From: an uncultured bacterium
GTDB taxonomy: Bacteria; Babelota; Babeliae; Babelales; RVW-14
Reading direction: 5' to 3'
Assembly (NCBI GenBank): GCA_963759805.1
Contig: CAVXAT010000014.1
Location: 1 to 19,586 of the forward strand
Length of the DNA stretch: 19,586 nt
Positions 7,421 through 16,104 of this stretch are shown here, in pieces; positions within the stretch are counted from its first letter, which is position 1, and the number at the start of each line of letters is the position of its first letter. Made by a program: the position numbers and the translations under genes. Below the pieces are notes generated by a model. The model ran no database searches, was not told the origin of the DNA, and was given only the letters and a program-made list of their open reading frames with translations.

Positions 7421-8935
7421 TTACCTCAAAACACGCGGTTTTTTAAACAGATGTTGCTCGGTAAATAGAATATTTGTTGGAACAAAAATATCTTCATCTA
7501 TCAAATTTTGGAATCCTACCTGAAGGTTATAGTCAGCATTGTAGGCAGTAGCAAATGGCTTTTCGGTTTTTAACTCCTCAACCTTGTTCCATTCTCTGCT
7601 GACAAAAAAACGCCAGCCAACTGCTAATAAATTAAACACAGTTCTAAAGCAAAATGCAAAGTAAACTCCAATCAGGCCCATTCCACAAATTACGGAAAAA
7701 ATGTACGCCAGCGGCAATAGAATTAAATATTCAGATAAAACGCCCTGAATCATAACAAATTTCGAATCATCTGCCCCCAACAAGCCACCACTTATAACCA
7801 CATAGAGCGCATCAACAAGCAGATTAAGCCCAAGAAGTTTTATCGCCACAGCACTAGCATTTGCAACATCAACATTTAAAGGACTAAAAAAATTACCCAG
7901 AAATGAAGAAATTGCAAATATAGTTGTCACGGAAAATAAAACTACTACTGAGGCTATTTTGCAGACCTTCAGAACGGCAGGATTTATTCCTAAATAATTT
8001 TTACGTCCAAGCATCTTACCAATAATAATCCAGCACGCAACATAAAAGCTGTAAACCGGTAACTGCAAGGCTGAATAAATCTGATAATAAACAATCTGAT
8101 GTACCGCCAATGCATTAACCCCAAACCGTTCAATAATTAGGGCTAAAAAATACATTGCCAAATCACAAAAACCAAACTGAAATCCAACGTTTCTGGAAAT
8201 TTTAACATAGTCCTTTAAAACTTCCCAATTTTTTTGCCAAAACAATCTTTTCAGAAAAGAAAATTTCATTTTACCTATGACAAATTTTTTATTCAGAATA
8301 ACAAAAATGCTTAAAACACTACCCAGAAGATACGTAAGAATAGAGGCAATGGCGACGCCTTGAATTCCAAGTTTGGGAAAACCAAATAATCCAAAAATCA
8401 ACACAACGTCTATCAAAACATTTGATGTATGCATCGCCACACGAATAAAAAAAGGGCTAAGCGTATCCCCCATTCCATTTATAAATCCTGTCAGAGAAAA
8501 GAATATCAGAGCAAAAGGAACCGCCTTTAGAAGTGTATTTAAATAGGCAAAACCAATTTGATTAACATCCGGACTACCAACCATGTAAAAAGCCAAAAAA
8601 CTTATTTGTCGACTAAAAATAGCTATAACCAGCCCTACAAGAAATGGAATAATAATGCTAACCAAAAATGTTTTATTTATTCTATCTTGATCCAATGCAC
8701 CGGAAAATTTTGCAACCAATGTTCTTGCCCCAGCTTCGCATTCACCCAAAAAATTATTAATCAGTGTTACAACAATGCAAGAAATTGAAACAGCCGCAAC
8801 ATGGACTAATCCAATTTTGCCTATAAAGAACATTTCTGTGATAGAGGCCGCTACTATGAGCAGCTGAACAAAAAACTCAGGCCAAGCAAGTTTTACAACA
8901 TCCTTGACCGTAACGTGTGTAGACATGAGTCTCAC
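7421..8935 (-). CDS. MATE family efflux transporter
   Basis: ~12 hydrophobic segments; VKLAWP, GFINGMGDTLSP, LIFGLFGFPKLGIQGVAIAS, FGVNALAVHQI and GLLGADD motifs. Start may be the ATG at 8926. Confidence 0.92.
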   Translation of the reverse strand: MRLMSTHVTVKDVVKLAWPEFFVQLLIVAASITEMFFIGKIGLVHVAAVSISCIVVTLINNFLGECEAGARTLVAKFSGALDQDRINKTFLVSIIIPFLVGLVIAIFSRQISFLAFYMVGSPDVNQIGFAYLNTLLKAVPFALIFFSLTGFINGMGDTLSPFFIRVAMHTSNVLIDVVLIFGLFGFPKLGIQGVAIASILTYLLGSVLSIFVILNKKFVIGKMKFSFLKRLFWQKNWEVLKDYVKISRNVGFQFGFCDLAMYFLALIIERFGVNALAVHQIVYYQIYSALQLPVYSFYVACWIIIGKMLGRKNYLGINPAVLKVCKIASVVVLFSVTTIFAISSFLGNFFSPLNVDVANASAVAIKLLGLNLLVDALYVVISGGLLGADDSKFVMIQGVLSEYLILLPLAYIFSVICGMGLIGVYFAFCFRTVFNLLAVGWRFFVSREWNKVEELKTEKPFATAYNADYNLQVGFQNLIDEDIFVPTNILFTEQHLFKKPRVLR

Positions 8936-8970
8936 TTTTTATTTAATCTAAAATAACCCATCGACTTGTT

Positions 8971-9010
8971 GTAATATAAGGCCAGGTATAAATACCAGGC
9001 CTTATATTAC
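8971..9010. terminator. Long intergenic inverted repeat (terminator- or operator-like)
   Basis: GTAATATAAGGCC-A-GGTAT-AA-ATACC-A-GGCCTTATATTAC: 18 pairs with one mismatch; lies between the 9087 stop and the MATE start. Confidence 0.5.
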
Positions 9011-9086
9011 CAAGTAACCAAACTAAAACTCTTTACTTGTCTTTGCAAGATATTTAATTTAAAAAACAAAAAGTATCTATCTGCAA

Positions 9087-10199
9087 TTATCTCATAAATG
9101 CTGTAAAGGCTTCAAATGCAATAAGAATAATTATCACTACTGTTAACATCTCCTCATGTATCGTATCAAGCCGTTCCTGATAAATAGTGTTTAAGTCCTG
9201 AACAATTCTCAACTTTCTATTAATTGAATCGCGCCAATCCTTTAAGTAAAGTTTTTCAACCAGGAGTGCGTAAAAATTTAAGTAGTACGCATCGCCCGTC
9301 ATTTTCACACTGCTTTCAAGTTGCTCAGTAATTACGGATATATCCACTTTTAAATTGGCAAGTCGTGATATCGGTGAATCAAAACGTTCCCCTACTAGTG
9401 GTAAGTATGCTAAAAATGGCACCCTATAAGATGGTTGGCCATAGAAATATGTTAACCTCTCATCAATCAGACGATCATAATACTGTAACTCAAGCATTTG
9501 AACATTTGATGATTCAAAAAACTCAAGCGGTTCAAAATACTCATTATCATAAACAAATGCAGATTTTGAGTCGATTATTATCAAATCTTGCCCATAATAA
9601 CCGGTTGAGTAAGAAAGAATTTGATCGATTTGGTAATCCGATAAAGTTTTAATTTCTAAACGTAGCAACGATGCAATATTTGCTCCGTACAAATCTTTAA
9701 AATCCTCGGGCATTATCTTTTCTTGCAATGGATTTACCTGAACGGCAAAATAGTCGCTCTTTAAATTATAAAAGCGAGCCTTTTTTAGTCGCAAACTAAT
9801 TTTATTAAAAACATTTCTTGCATCAACTTCACTGGTTATGTCAAATTGACGCTTAACTTCCATTAATTTAGATTTTAAATCATCAAATTTTTCATTAAAG
9901 GGGATCTGATAGCACAAAGAAAGCGCTCCAAAATGATAAAGCTTACTAAGTACACATCCCGTACCGGTTATACTCCCCTTTTTTTCATCAATTACTGCAC
10001 AACTTTCCATCATTTTGAATGAGTATGGAACGCGGTAATTTTTAAAATATGCAGAAAGTGGAACCTCCAACGGCTCCAATATGTTTTTTTGCTTAATCGC
10101 GGTTAAATCAATCTCATCGCCAAAATCAAATGCATAAAACAGTAAAATATTCCCCGAGAAACAGTTATTGATATCCAAGCCCATATTATTTTCGTTCAT
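9087..10199 (-). CDS. RMD1/DUF155-like hypothetical protein with C-terminal transmembrane helix
   Basis: 370 aa; LELQYYDRLID, helical C-terminal half and EMLTVVIIILIAFE end resemble the RMD1/DUF155-related family; closely coupled to the mrdA stop. Confidence 0.6.
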   Translation of the reverse strand: MNENNMGLDINNCFSGNILLFYAFDFGDEIDLTAIKQKNILEPLEVPLSAYFKNYRVPYSFKMMESCAVIDEKKGSITGTGCVLSKLYHFGALSLCYQIPFNEKFDDLKSKLMEVKRQFDITSEVDARNVFNKISLRLKKARFYNLKSDYFAVQVNPLQEKIMPEDFKDLYGANIASLLRLEIKTLSDYQIDQILSYSTGYYGQDLIIIDSKSAFVYDNEYFEPLEFFESSNVQMLELQYYDRLIDERLTYFYGQPSYRVPFLAYLPLVGERFDSPISRLANLKVDISVITEQLESSVKMTGDAYYLNFYALLVEKLYLKDWRDSINRKLRIVQDLNTIYQERLDTIHEEMLTVVIIILIAFEAFTAFMR

Positions 10200-10200
10200 A

Positions 10201-11952
10201 TTAAGATTCCTTCAATGTTTTGTATGCCTTCAAAAATCTACTCGCCATCATGATAGCAGGACCGGATGACCCAACGTTTTCAATTAAAATTGCCATTGCA
10301 AGCGGCTTTTCCTTCCCATATCTAAAAAAACCTGTAAGCCAAGCATGCTCAAGTTGAGATTTAGTCTTCTTCTCTGAACTCAATGCGCAAGTTTGTGCCG
10401 TTCCAGTTTTTGCATGAACTTCAAAACCATTTATAAAACTTAACAACCTTACGGTACCCTCTTGAACAGCTGCATGCATGCCATCTCTTAAAACCTTCAA
10501 CGTTCTTTTAGAGATATCAAGTTTATCACACTCAATAGCCTCATTTTCCAAAATTCTGGGTCTAACTAGATGCCCTGAACAGACCGCTGCAACCATTCTT
10601 GTAATCTGAAGTGGAGTAACCAACAGATATCCCTGCCCAACGCTAACGTTAAGAGTCTCGCCCTTCCACCATTTTTCGCGTTTGAATGCCTTTTTCCACG
10701 CTTTATCAGGCACAAGGCCTGATCTTTCAGGAAGTAAGAAATTTGTTTTTTGCCCTAGCCCAAAGCGACGCGCATACATGGCCAATTTATCAATAACTAT
10801 TTTTCTGGCCACCTCAAAACAGTACACGTTGCATGATGCCGCCAAGGCCATACATGAATTGAGCGTGCCATGGCCAGAGTGACGCATACAGCAAATTTTT
10901 CTGCCACAAAATTCAAGGTACCCTTTGCAGAAAAACTCTGTTTGCGGCGACACAACCCCTTCCTCTAGCCCTGCAGCAACCGTAACAAGCTTGAATGTTG
11001 ATGCCGGAGGACACAGCGCACAAGTTGCTCGATTAAGAAGAGGATTGTTCTCAGATAATTTTTCCCATTCATCTTCAGATATTGGACTTAAAAATAGATT
11101 GGGATCAAAGCTAGGGCATGAAGCCAAAACTCGCACAGCTCCATCTTCAGGATCCATTAAAATAAAAGCCCCCGATTGCCCCTGCTCAAAAAGCGACTCT
11201 GCAATTTGTTGCAACTCAAGATCAATTGTTAATTTTATATCTTCACCGGCCTGTGCTTCCCGAAAGTCCTTTAACGCCAGCTTTTTGCCAGTGGAATTTG
11301 TCACACTTAAAACGTAGCCCGGCTGGCCTTGCAACTCAGTTTCGAGTAATTGCTCAAGCCCCGCCTTGCCTATTTTCTCGATTCTATTCAAAAATCCCAA
11401 AACATGGCTAGCCAAAGCTCCATGCAAATAAACACGTTCAAAGCGGTTTGAAACGACTAAACTTGGGTGATTTCCACAAAATTCACTAATCTTGCATAAC
11501 TGATCAAAAGTTATGTTCTGGCAAATCATTTTTCTACGTGAATAACGCTCTGCAAGTAAAAGTTCTTGATTAACCGTATCATGTAGTAAGTCAACCCCCA
11601 AAATTTGGCCAATTTTGCCAAGCAAGTCTAATTTTTCTTCGCTAAGACCCTTACCCCCTACTCCTTGCCAATAAAGGTCGAAAACAGGCTTATTTGTGGC
11701 AAGTAGTGCTCCTTTATTATCAAGCAAATTTCCGCGCGGAGGATTAATAACCTCTATTTTTAAGAAATTTCGTTCGCCCATATCCACAAAAACGGTTTTT
11801 TGCTTGATTTGTAAATAAAAAAGCCTCAAAACTATGATAAATGCAAAAAAAATGAAGGCAAAAAGGATTTTAAAGGCTCTGAAACTTCTAGTTGAACTTA
11901 TTTTTATGCGGCTAATATCAAACCCCTTCAATTTATCGACAAAAACGTTCAA
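10201..11952 (-). CDS. mrdA: Penicillin-binding protein 2 (class B transpeptidase)
   Basis: N-terminal TM plus RLFYLQI, PPRG.LLD, GKAGLE, PLLNRA; catalytic motifs PPASTFK, SCN and KTGTAQ; EHAW. Exact start codon uncertain. Confidence 0.92.
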   Translation of the reverse strand: MNVFVDKLKGFDISRIKISSTRSFRAFKILFAFIFFAFIIVLRLFYLQIKQKTVFVDMGERNFLKIEVINPPRGNLLDNKGALLATNKPVFDLYWQGVGGKGLSEEKLDLLGKIGQILGVDLLHDTVNQELLLAERYSRRKMICQNITFDQLCKISEFCGNHPSLVVSNRFERVYLHGALASHVLGFLNRIEKIGKAGLEQLLETELQGQPGYVLSVTNSTGKKLALKDFREAQAGEDIKLTIDLELQQIAESLFEQGQSGAFILMDPEDGAVRVLASCPSFDPNLFLSPISEDEWEKLSENNPLLNRATCALCPPASTFKLVTVAAGLEEGVVSPQTEFFCKGYLEFCGRKICCMRHSGHGTLNSCMALAASCNVYCFEVARKIVIDKLAMYARRFGLGQKTNFLLPERSGLVPDKAWKKAFKREKWWKGETLNVSVGQGYLLVTPLQITRMVAAVCSGHLVRPRILENEAIECDKLDISKRTLKVLRDGMHAAVQEGTVRLLSFINGFEVHAKTGTAQTCALSSEKKTKSQLEHAWLTGFFRYGKEKPLAMAILIENVGSSGPAIMMASRFLKAYKTLKES

Positions 11953-12054
11953 AAGCGTTAATTAAAAGCGTTATTTCATTGTAATACACAATATTACACG
12001 GAGAAATTTGTCACAGTCAAGGGACAAGGTAAATCTAACCCCTCCCCCCCCCAT

Positions 12055-12083
12055 TTGCAAATGAAGAATTTATAAATTAGTCT
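12055..12083 (+). promoter_or_regulatory. Putative sigma70 promoter for the 12147 gene
   Basis: TTGCAA-N17-TAGTCT, preceded by a C4-T-C9 tract. Confidence 0.35.
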
Positions 12084-12146
12084 TGTTAGTAATTAAGTAG
12101 AATATTGTGAGGTTATATTTTAATATTTTTTTTGGGAGGTTATATC

Positions 12147-13010
12147 ATGAATAGATTCAATAAGATTATGCTTCTTGGATTACTTTCTATTGTTACTGGC
12201 GCTACAAGCGTCAAGGGTATGGATACACAGCAGTTAGTCGCATACGATAAGGCTATGTCTGGAGATGCAATTCCAGCTGATTTCAAGCTTACTGCTGAGG
12301 ATTTGGCAAAATTTAACACACTTAGCGAAGAAGAAAAGGCCAAAATCGCAACAAAAATCGCAACTCTTTACGTTTGTGTACAGATCAAAAATGGTTCACC
12401 TATGTCTAGCCTTGTAAGTGGTTCCGGAGAAGTTACTTTGAATAAACAGAAAGTTCAATTATCTAACGAACAGGAATCGTTTGTAAGATCTTATTTTAGC
12501 GACATAGCTGCTTCAAAAGCTGGACAGCCTACTTCCAGTACACAACCACAAAAGCCTGGGTTCAGTATAAAGAAAAAAATCGCCATTGCTGCCGCAACAG
12601 CTCTTGTTTTAGCTACAGCATATGTAACTTTGGGAAACATGTACCATGATGCTAATTGTACAGTTGGATCCAATAGCGCTCTATGTGCAAGTACAACACC
12701 AGCAGACGCTGCCGCTGCCTATGCACTCACAGCATTAACGGCTGCCGGAACTGGATTAGCAACTGCGGGTATAGCAATAAAAACACTTGCACAAAAATTG
12801 TACGCGAAGGTCAGAGCGCAATACGAGAAGGCCAAAGCACAATGGGATAACACTCCTGAAGACATAGGATACAGTTGCTCAGATCGTCGTACCGAAGTAG
12901 AAAATCTTAAAGATTGTCCACCACTAGCACCTAGCCGTTGGGCTCAAGCTGCGCAGCCACTTGTAAATCTAAAAAACAACGTGTTGGGGCTTTTCGGTCA
13001 ATCACGATAA
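12147..13010 (+). CDS. Hypothetical exported protein with two Ala/Thr-rich hydrophobic segments
   Basis: ATG 12147 after GGAGGT; signal peptide ending VKG-MD; hydrophobic IAIAAATALVLATAYVTLG and AAAAYALTALTAAGTGLATAGIAI segments; followed by a palindromic terminator. Confidence 0.75.
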   Translation: MNRFNKIMLLGLLSIVTGATSVKGMDTQQLVAYDKAMSGDAIPADFKLTAEDLAKFNTLSEEEKAKIATKIATLYVCVQIKNGSPMSSLVSGSGEVTLNKQKVQLSNEQESFVRSYFSDIAASKAGQPTSSTQPQKPGFSIKKKIAIAAATALVLATAYVTLGNMYHDANCTVGSNSALCASTTPADAAAAYALTALTAAGTGLATAGIAIKTLAQKLYAKVRAQYEKAKAQWDNTPEDIGYSCSDRRTEVENLKDCPPLAPSRWAQAAQPLVNLKNNVLGLFGQSR

Positions 13011-13063
13011 ACTAGTAACAAATCATACAAATTTAGATAATTTCTTTTAAATATCTAAGCAAA

Positions 13064-13095
13064 AAGCAGGACGAGATTTAAATCTCGTCCTGCTT
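13064..13095. terminator. Bidirectional terminator-like perfect palindrome
   Basis: AAGCAGGACGAGATTT|AAATCTCGTCCTGCTT (32 bp perfect), flanked by A and T runs, between the convergent 12147 gene and the tRNA operon. Confidence 0.75.
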
Positions 13096-13117
13096 GCTTT
13101 TAATTGTCTGTAAAATA

Positions 13118-13199
13118 GGATGAGCCTGCCATCAGCCGTCGCCCAGGTGGCTATGGCTGACAGGTCCGAAGCCACAAGCGAAGCGAAGGCGAAGTATGG
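13118..13199. repeat. Diverged terminal repeat unit: CCTG-foot hairpin with a second, inverted copy nested at 13132-13164
   Basis: Removing 13132-13164 (reverse complement CCTG-TCAGCC-ATAGCCACCTGGGCGAC-GGCTGA) restores GGATGAG-CCTG-CCATCC-GAAGCCAC...GGCGAA-GTATGG. Confidence 0.75.
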
Positions 13200-13643
13200 T
13201 GCGCCCGACAGGACTCGAATGCACCTTCGCTCTACGTAGCTACGGTGCACAAGCCTGTGGCTAAAATTCTTTAATCAATATCAATCATTTAAAAGGGATG
13301 AGCCTGCCATCCGTAGCTACGAGCCGTTAGGCGAAGAGCGTAGGATGGTGCGCCCGACAGGACTCGAATGCACCTTCGCTCTACGTAGCTACGGTGCACA
13401 AGCCTGTGGCTAAAATTCTTTAATCAATATCAATCATTTAAAAGGGATGAGCCTGCCATCCGTAGCTACGAGCCGTTAGGCGAAGAGCGTAGGATGGTGC
13501 GCCCGACAGGACTCGAATGCACCTTCGCTCTACGTAGCTACGGTGCACAAGCCTGTGGCTAAAATTCTTTAATCAATATCAATCATTTAAAAGGGATGAG
13601 CCTGCCATCCGTAGCTACGAGCCGTTAGGCGAAGAGCGTAGGA
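13197..13643. repeat. Three identical 149-bp tRNA-linked tandem repeats, each holding an interrupted 3' end of tRNA-Arg
   Basis: Units start at 13197, 13346 and 13495, and the real tRNA begins at 13644 (149-bp period). Copies are identical by base-by-base reading. Confidence 0.95.
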
Positions 13644-13720
13644 TGGTGCGCCCGACAGGACTCGAACCTGTGGCCTACGGATTAGAAATCCGTTGCTCTA
13701 TCCAACTGAGCTACGGGCGC
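13644..13720 (-). tRNA. tRNA-Arg(TCT)
   Basis: Acceptor stem GCGCCCG/CGGGCGC; anticodon arm ACGGA-TTTCTAA-TCCGT; ACAGG-TTCGAGT-CCTGT T arm; encoded CCA. Confidence 0.97.
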
Positions 13721-13779
13721 AAATTAATAACCGTTCTCTCACATCGCACCAAACTACTTACCAAGTTATGCCAGTACTG

Positions 13780-13830
13780 CTTGTCCGCCATCCTTCGACA
13801 AGCTCAGGATGAGCGAGCCTTGCGACGCGA
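13780..13830. repeat. Degenerate CTTG-foot hairpin interrupted by a 24-bp half-palindrome of another repeat family
   Basis: CTTG-TCCGCC-AT[CCTTCGACAAGCTCAGGATGAGCG]AGCCTTGCGACGCGA, followed by the palindrome CTGAGTCGACTCAG (13834-13847). Confidence 0.55.
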
Positions 13831-13884
13831 GCGCTGAGTCGACTCAGTAAAATAATTTCAGAAAAATGTGATTTTGGAAGAAAA

Positions 13885-13960
13885 TGGTCGGGGCGGTCAG
13901 ATTCGAACTGACGACCCCTCGCTCCCAAAGCGAGTGCGCTACCAACTGCGCTACGCCCCG
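13885..13960 (-). tRNA. tRNA-Pro(TGG)
   Basis: Acceptor stem CGGGGCG/CGCCCCG; anticodon arm CTCGC-TTTGGGA-GCGAG; TTCGAAT T loop; CCA. Confidence 0.97.
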
Positions 13961-14037
13961 ACATTAATTTTTATCTCAAGTTACACTAATTTCAAACTTT
14001 ATGGAAGACGATTTTGATTATATTTTGATTATTATTC

Positions 14038-14114
14038 TGGGGTGAGCGACGGGGATTGAACCCGCGACATTCAGAGCCACAGTCTGACGCTCTACCAACT
14101 GAGCTACGCCCACC
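14038..14114 (-). tRNA. tRNA-His(GTG)
   Basis: G-1 and C73 present; acceptor stem GTGGGCG/CGCTCAC; anticodon arm TCAGA-CTGTGGC-TCTGA; CCA. Confidence 0.97.
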
Positions 14115-14138
14115 ATATTCAAAAATATTACATTCAAT

Positions 14139-14166
14139 ATTATAAGCTGTTTACAACAAAAATCAA
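14139..14166 (-). promoter_or_regulatory. Putative sigma70 promoter of the tRNA His-Pro-Arg cluster
   Basis: TTGATT-N16-TATAAT, 25 nt upstream of tRNA-His. Confidence 0.55.
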
Positions 14167-14204
14167 AGGACAAATTCAAGTTTTTTTTAGTTTTTTTTCA
14201 AGTT

Positions 14205-15941
14205 TTATTCGCTTTCAACCTTCTCAATTACAGAAATTTCATCTGTCAAATAATTTTTATTCAATAATCGTATGGCATCAGCACGATTTAATATTGTTTT
14301 TTTCTTACGCCCTTTTTTAAGCCAATTAAGCAGATTAATCATATTAACGCTAGCTTGAACCTGACTATCTGTTGCAAGGGCTTCCTTTTGTCTTTCGCTC
14401 CAACTCTTCTCTTTTTTCTTATTTTTATTGTCGCCATCTGTACCAGAATCACCATTTTCACTACCATCTTCCGGTTCAATGCTATTTTCTGTCGCGCTTT
14501 CTTCACTGAATTCTTGAGAATCGTTTGTCAGATCAAGCAATGGCTCATTCTGCTCCGTTTTGCCATTCGCCTCTTCTTCTTTTTTATTCGCCTCTTCCTC
14601 TTTTGCAAGCGCTTGGTCTGCCGGTAAACCCAAATTTTCGCTCACCTCTTTGACTGTAATGTAATTTTTTAACGAATTCTCTTTACCATAAAACTCCTTA
14701 ATCCATTCCATTTCATCAGCAGGGATATATTTAGGTTTAACAGTAAAATCAGGCGCTATACCTTGAGCTTGAAGTGAAGAGCCATCAGGCAAGAAATACA
14801 ACATTGTTGTAAGTTTTAATGCACACCCATTTTTAACCGGAATCAACTCCTGGACTGAGCCCTTACCAAAAGTGGTCATTCCAAGCAATAATACCATCAA
14901 TCTTTTCCCATTCCACCCTCCATTTAAATAACTTTGATCAGAGTGAAAACGTAGACAACCCGCTAAAATTTCAGAAGCTGATGCCGTAAAATTATTAATC
15001 AAAATGAATATAGGCACATCGCTTTTTAAAACAGGATCGGAATTTGTAAAATATTTGGCAACAATCTCGCCGTGCCTGTTACGAGTGTGAACAACAGGCG
15101 AACCTTTGGGTAAAAAAAGACCTGCCATTTCAATTGCAGAATCAAGCGTGCCACCCGGGTTGCCTCGAAGATCAAGCACAATTCCTTTGCATTTACCCTG
15201 GTTAGCCCTCTCAAGTAAACCGGACATCTGTTTGGCCGCATTTTCAGTAAACTGTTTTAACGAAAAATAGTAAACATTCTGATTTTTAAAAAAGAAACAA
15301 AGAGAGATTTGATCCTTGATTATATCGCGTGTTACCAAAAACGACATCGGCTTTTTTTTACGTGCAATTTTTATCGAAATTTTTGTCCCAACCTTACCTT
15401 TAAGCTTGGTAATAACCTGATCTGTCGTCATACCCTTAAGATTCTCTTTGCCAACTTTAATAATTCTATCCCCTTTTTTTATACCAACCTTTTCCGCAGG
15501 ACTGCCTGGAAGAACCTCAATTACCATCAAAGAATCATCATCCGGTGCTTTTCCGATAATACTTACACCAATTCCGGAAAACTCTCCTGAGGTCGACTCA
15601 AGCGTTGATTTATACTCATCGTTACTGAAAAAACTTGAATGTGCATCAACCTTTGAAACCGCTGATTTTAAAGAATCCTGAACAAACCGATCAAAATCAA
15701 CCTTGCGAAACGCCTTTTTCTCTACCACACTCAACACCTCAGAGTATGTCGGTAGCCATAGCATTATATCTTTCTGGGCATCATATGATTTGGCCGAAAC
15801 TGAATCTTTTGTGTTATCATTGGCATTATCAGATGCAATATTTTCAGCATCCTTATCCGAAGAATCCATATCAGCAAAAATAAAGCTAAAACAAGAAATT
15901 GCGCAAACAAAGCTCAATTGCAAAGAAATTCTCTTCATCAC
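14205..15941 (-). CDS. S41A carboxyl-terminal processing protease (CtpA/Prc-like) with PDZ domain
   Basis: Signal peptide; GEFSGIGV and GSPAEKVGIKKGD (PDZ); LDLRGNPGG, TASASE (Ser) and FGKGSVQ (Lys) motifs; acidic C-terminal insert. Start is GTG 15941 or ATG 15938. Confidence 0.93.
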   Translation of the reverse strand: MMKRISLQLSFVCAISCFSFIFADMDSSDKDAENIASDNANDNTKDSVSAKSYDAQKDIMLWLPTYSEVLSVVEKKAFRKVDFDRFVQDSLKSAVSKVDAHSSFFSNDEYKSTLESTSGEFSGIGVSIIGKAPDDDSLMVIEVLPGSPAEKVGIKKGDRIIKVGKENLKGMTTDQVITKLKGKVGTKISIKIARKKKPMSFLVTRDIIKDQISLCFFFKNQNVYYFSLKQFTENAAKQMSGLLERANQGKCKGIVLDLRGNPGGTLDSAIEMAGLFLPKGSPVVHTRNRHGEIVAKYFTNSDPVLKSDVPIFILINNFTASASEILAGCLRFHSDQSYLNGGWNGKRLMVLLLGMTTFGKGSVQELIPVKNGCALKLTTMLYFLPDGSSLQAQGIAPDFTVKPKYIPADEMEWIKEFYGKENSLKNYITVKEVSENLGLPADQALAKEEEANKKEEEANGKTEQNEPLLDLTNDSQEFSEESATENSIEPEDGSENGDSGTDGDNKNKKKEKSWSERQKEALATDSQVQASVNMINLLNWLKKGRKKKTILNRADAIRLLNKNYLTDEISVIEKVESE

Positions 15942-16104
15942 CTTCTCCTACATTCTAATAGTCAAAACCAAACGCTAGCGACTCACTTTATCCAAACTTT
16001 TTAACTATCCACTTTTAAAAAAGTATAAACCATTTATGATTAAATTATGCAATAAATTTATTTAAGTTCAACAAGAGACCAATTAAATTAATGGGGAAAT
16101 CAAA

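Noticed and set aside
13197..13560. Additional intron-containing tRNA-Arg genes
   Set aside because: Each unit has only the last 31 nt of the tRNA. There is no D arm, anticodon arm or 5' acceptor strand.
13197..13643. CRISPR array
   Set aside because: Whole 149-bp units are identical, so there are no unique spacers. The repeat derives from tRNA and no cas genes are nearby.
13047..13964. ORFs 13047-13250, 13643-13837 and 13758-13964
   Set aside because: They overlap tRNA genes and repeats, and are shadow translations.
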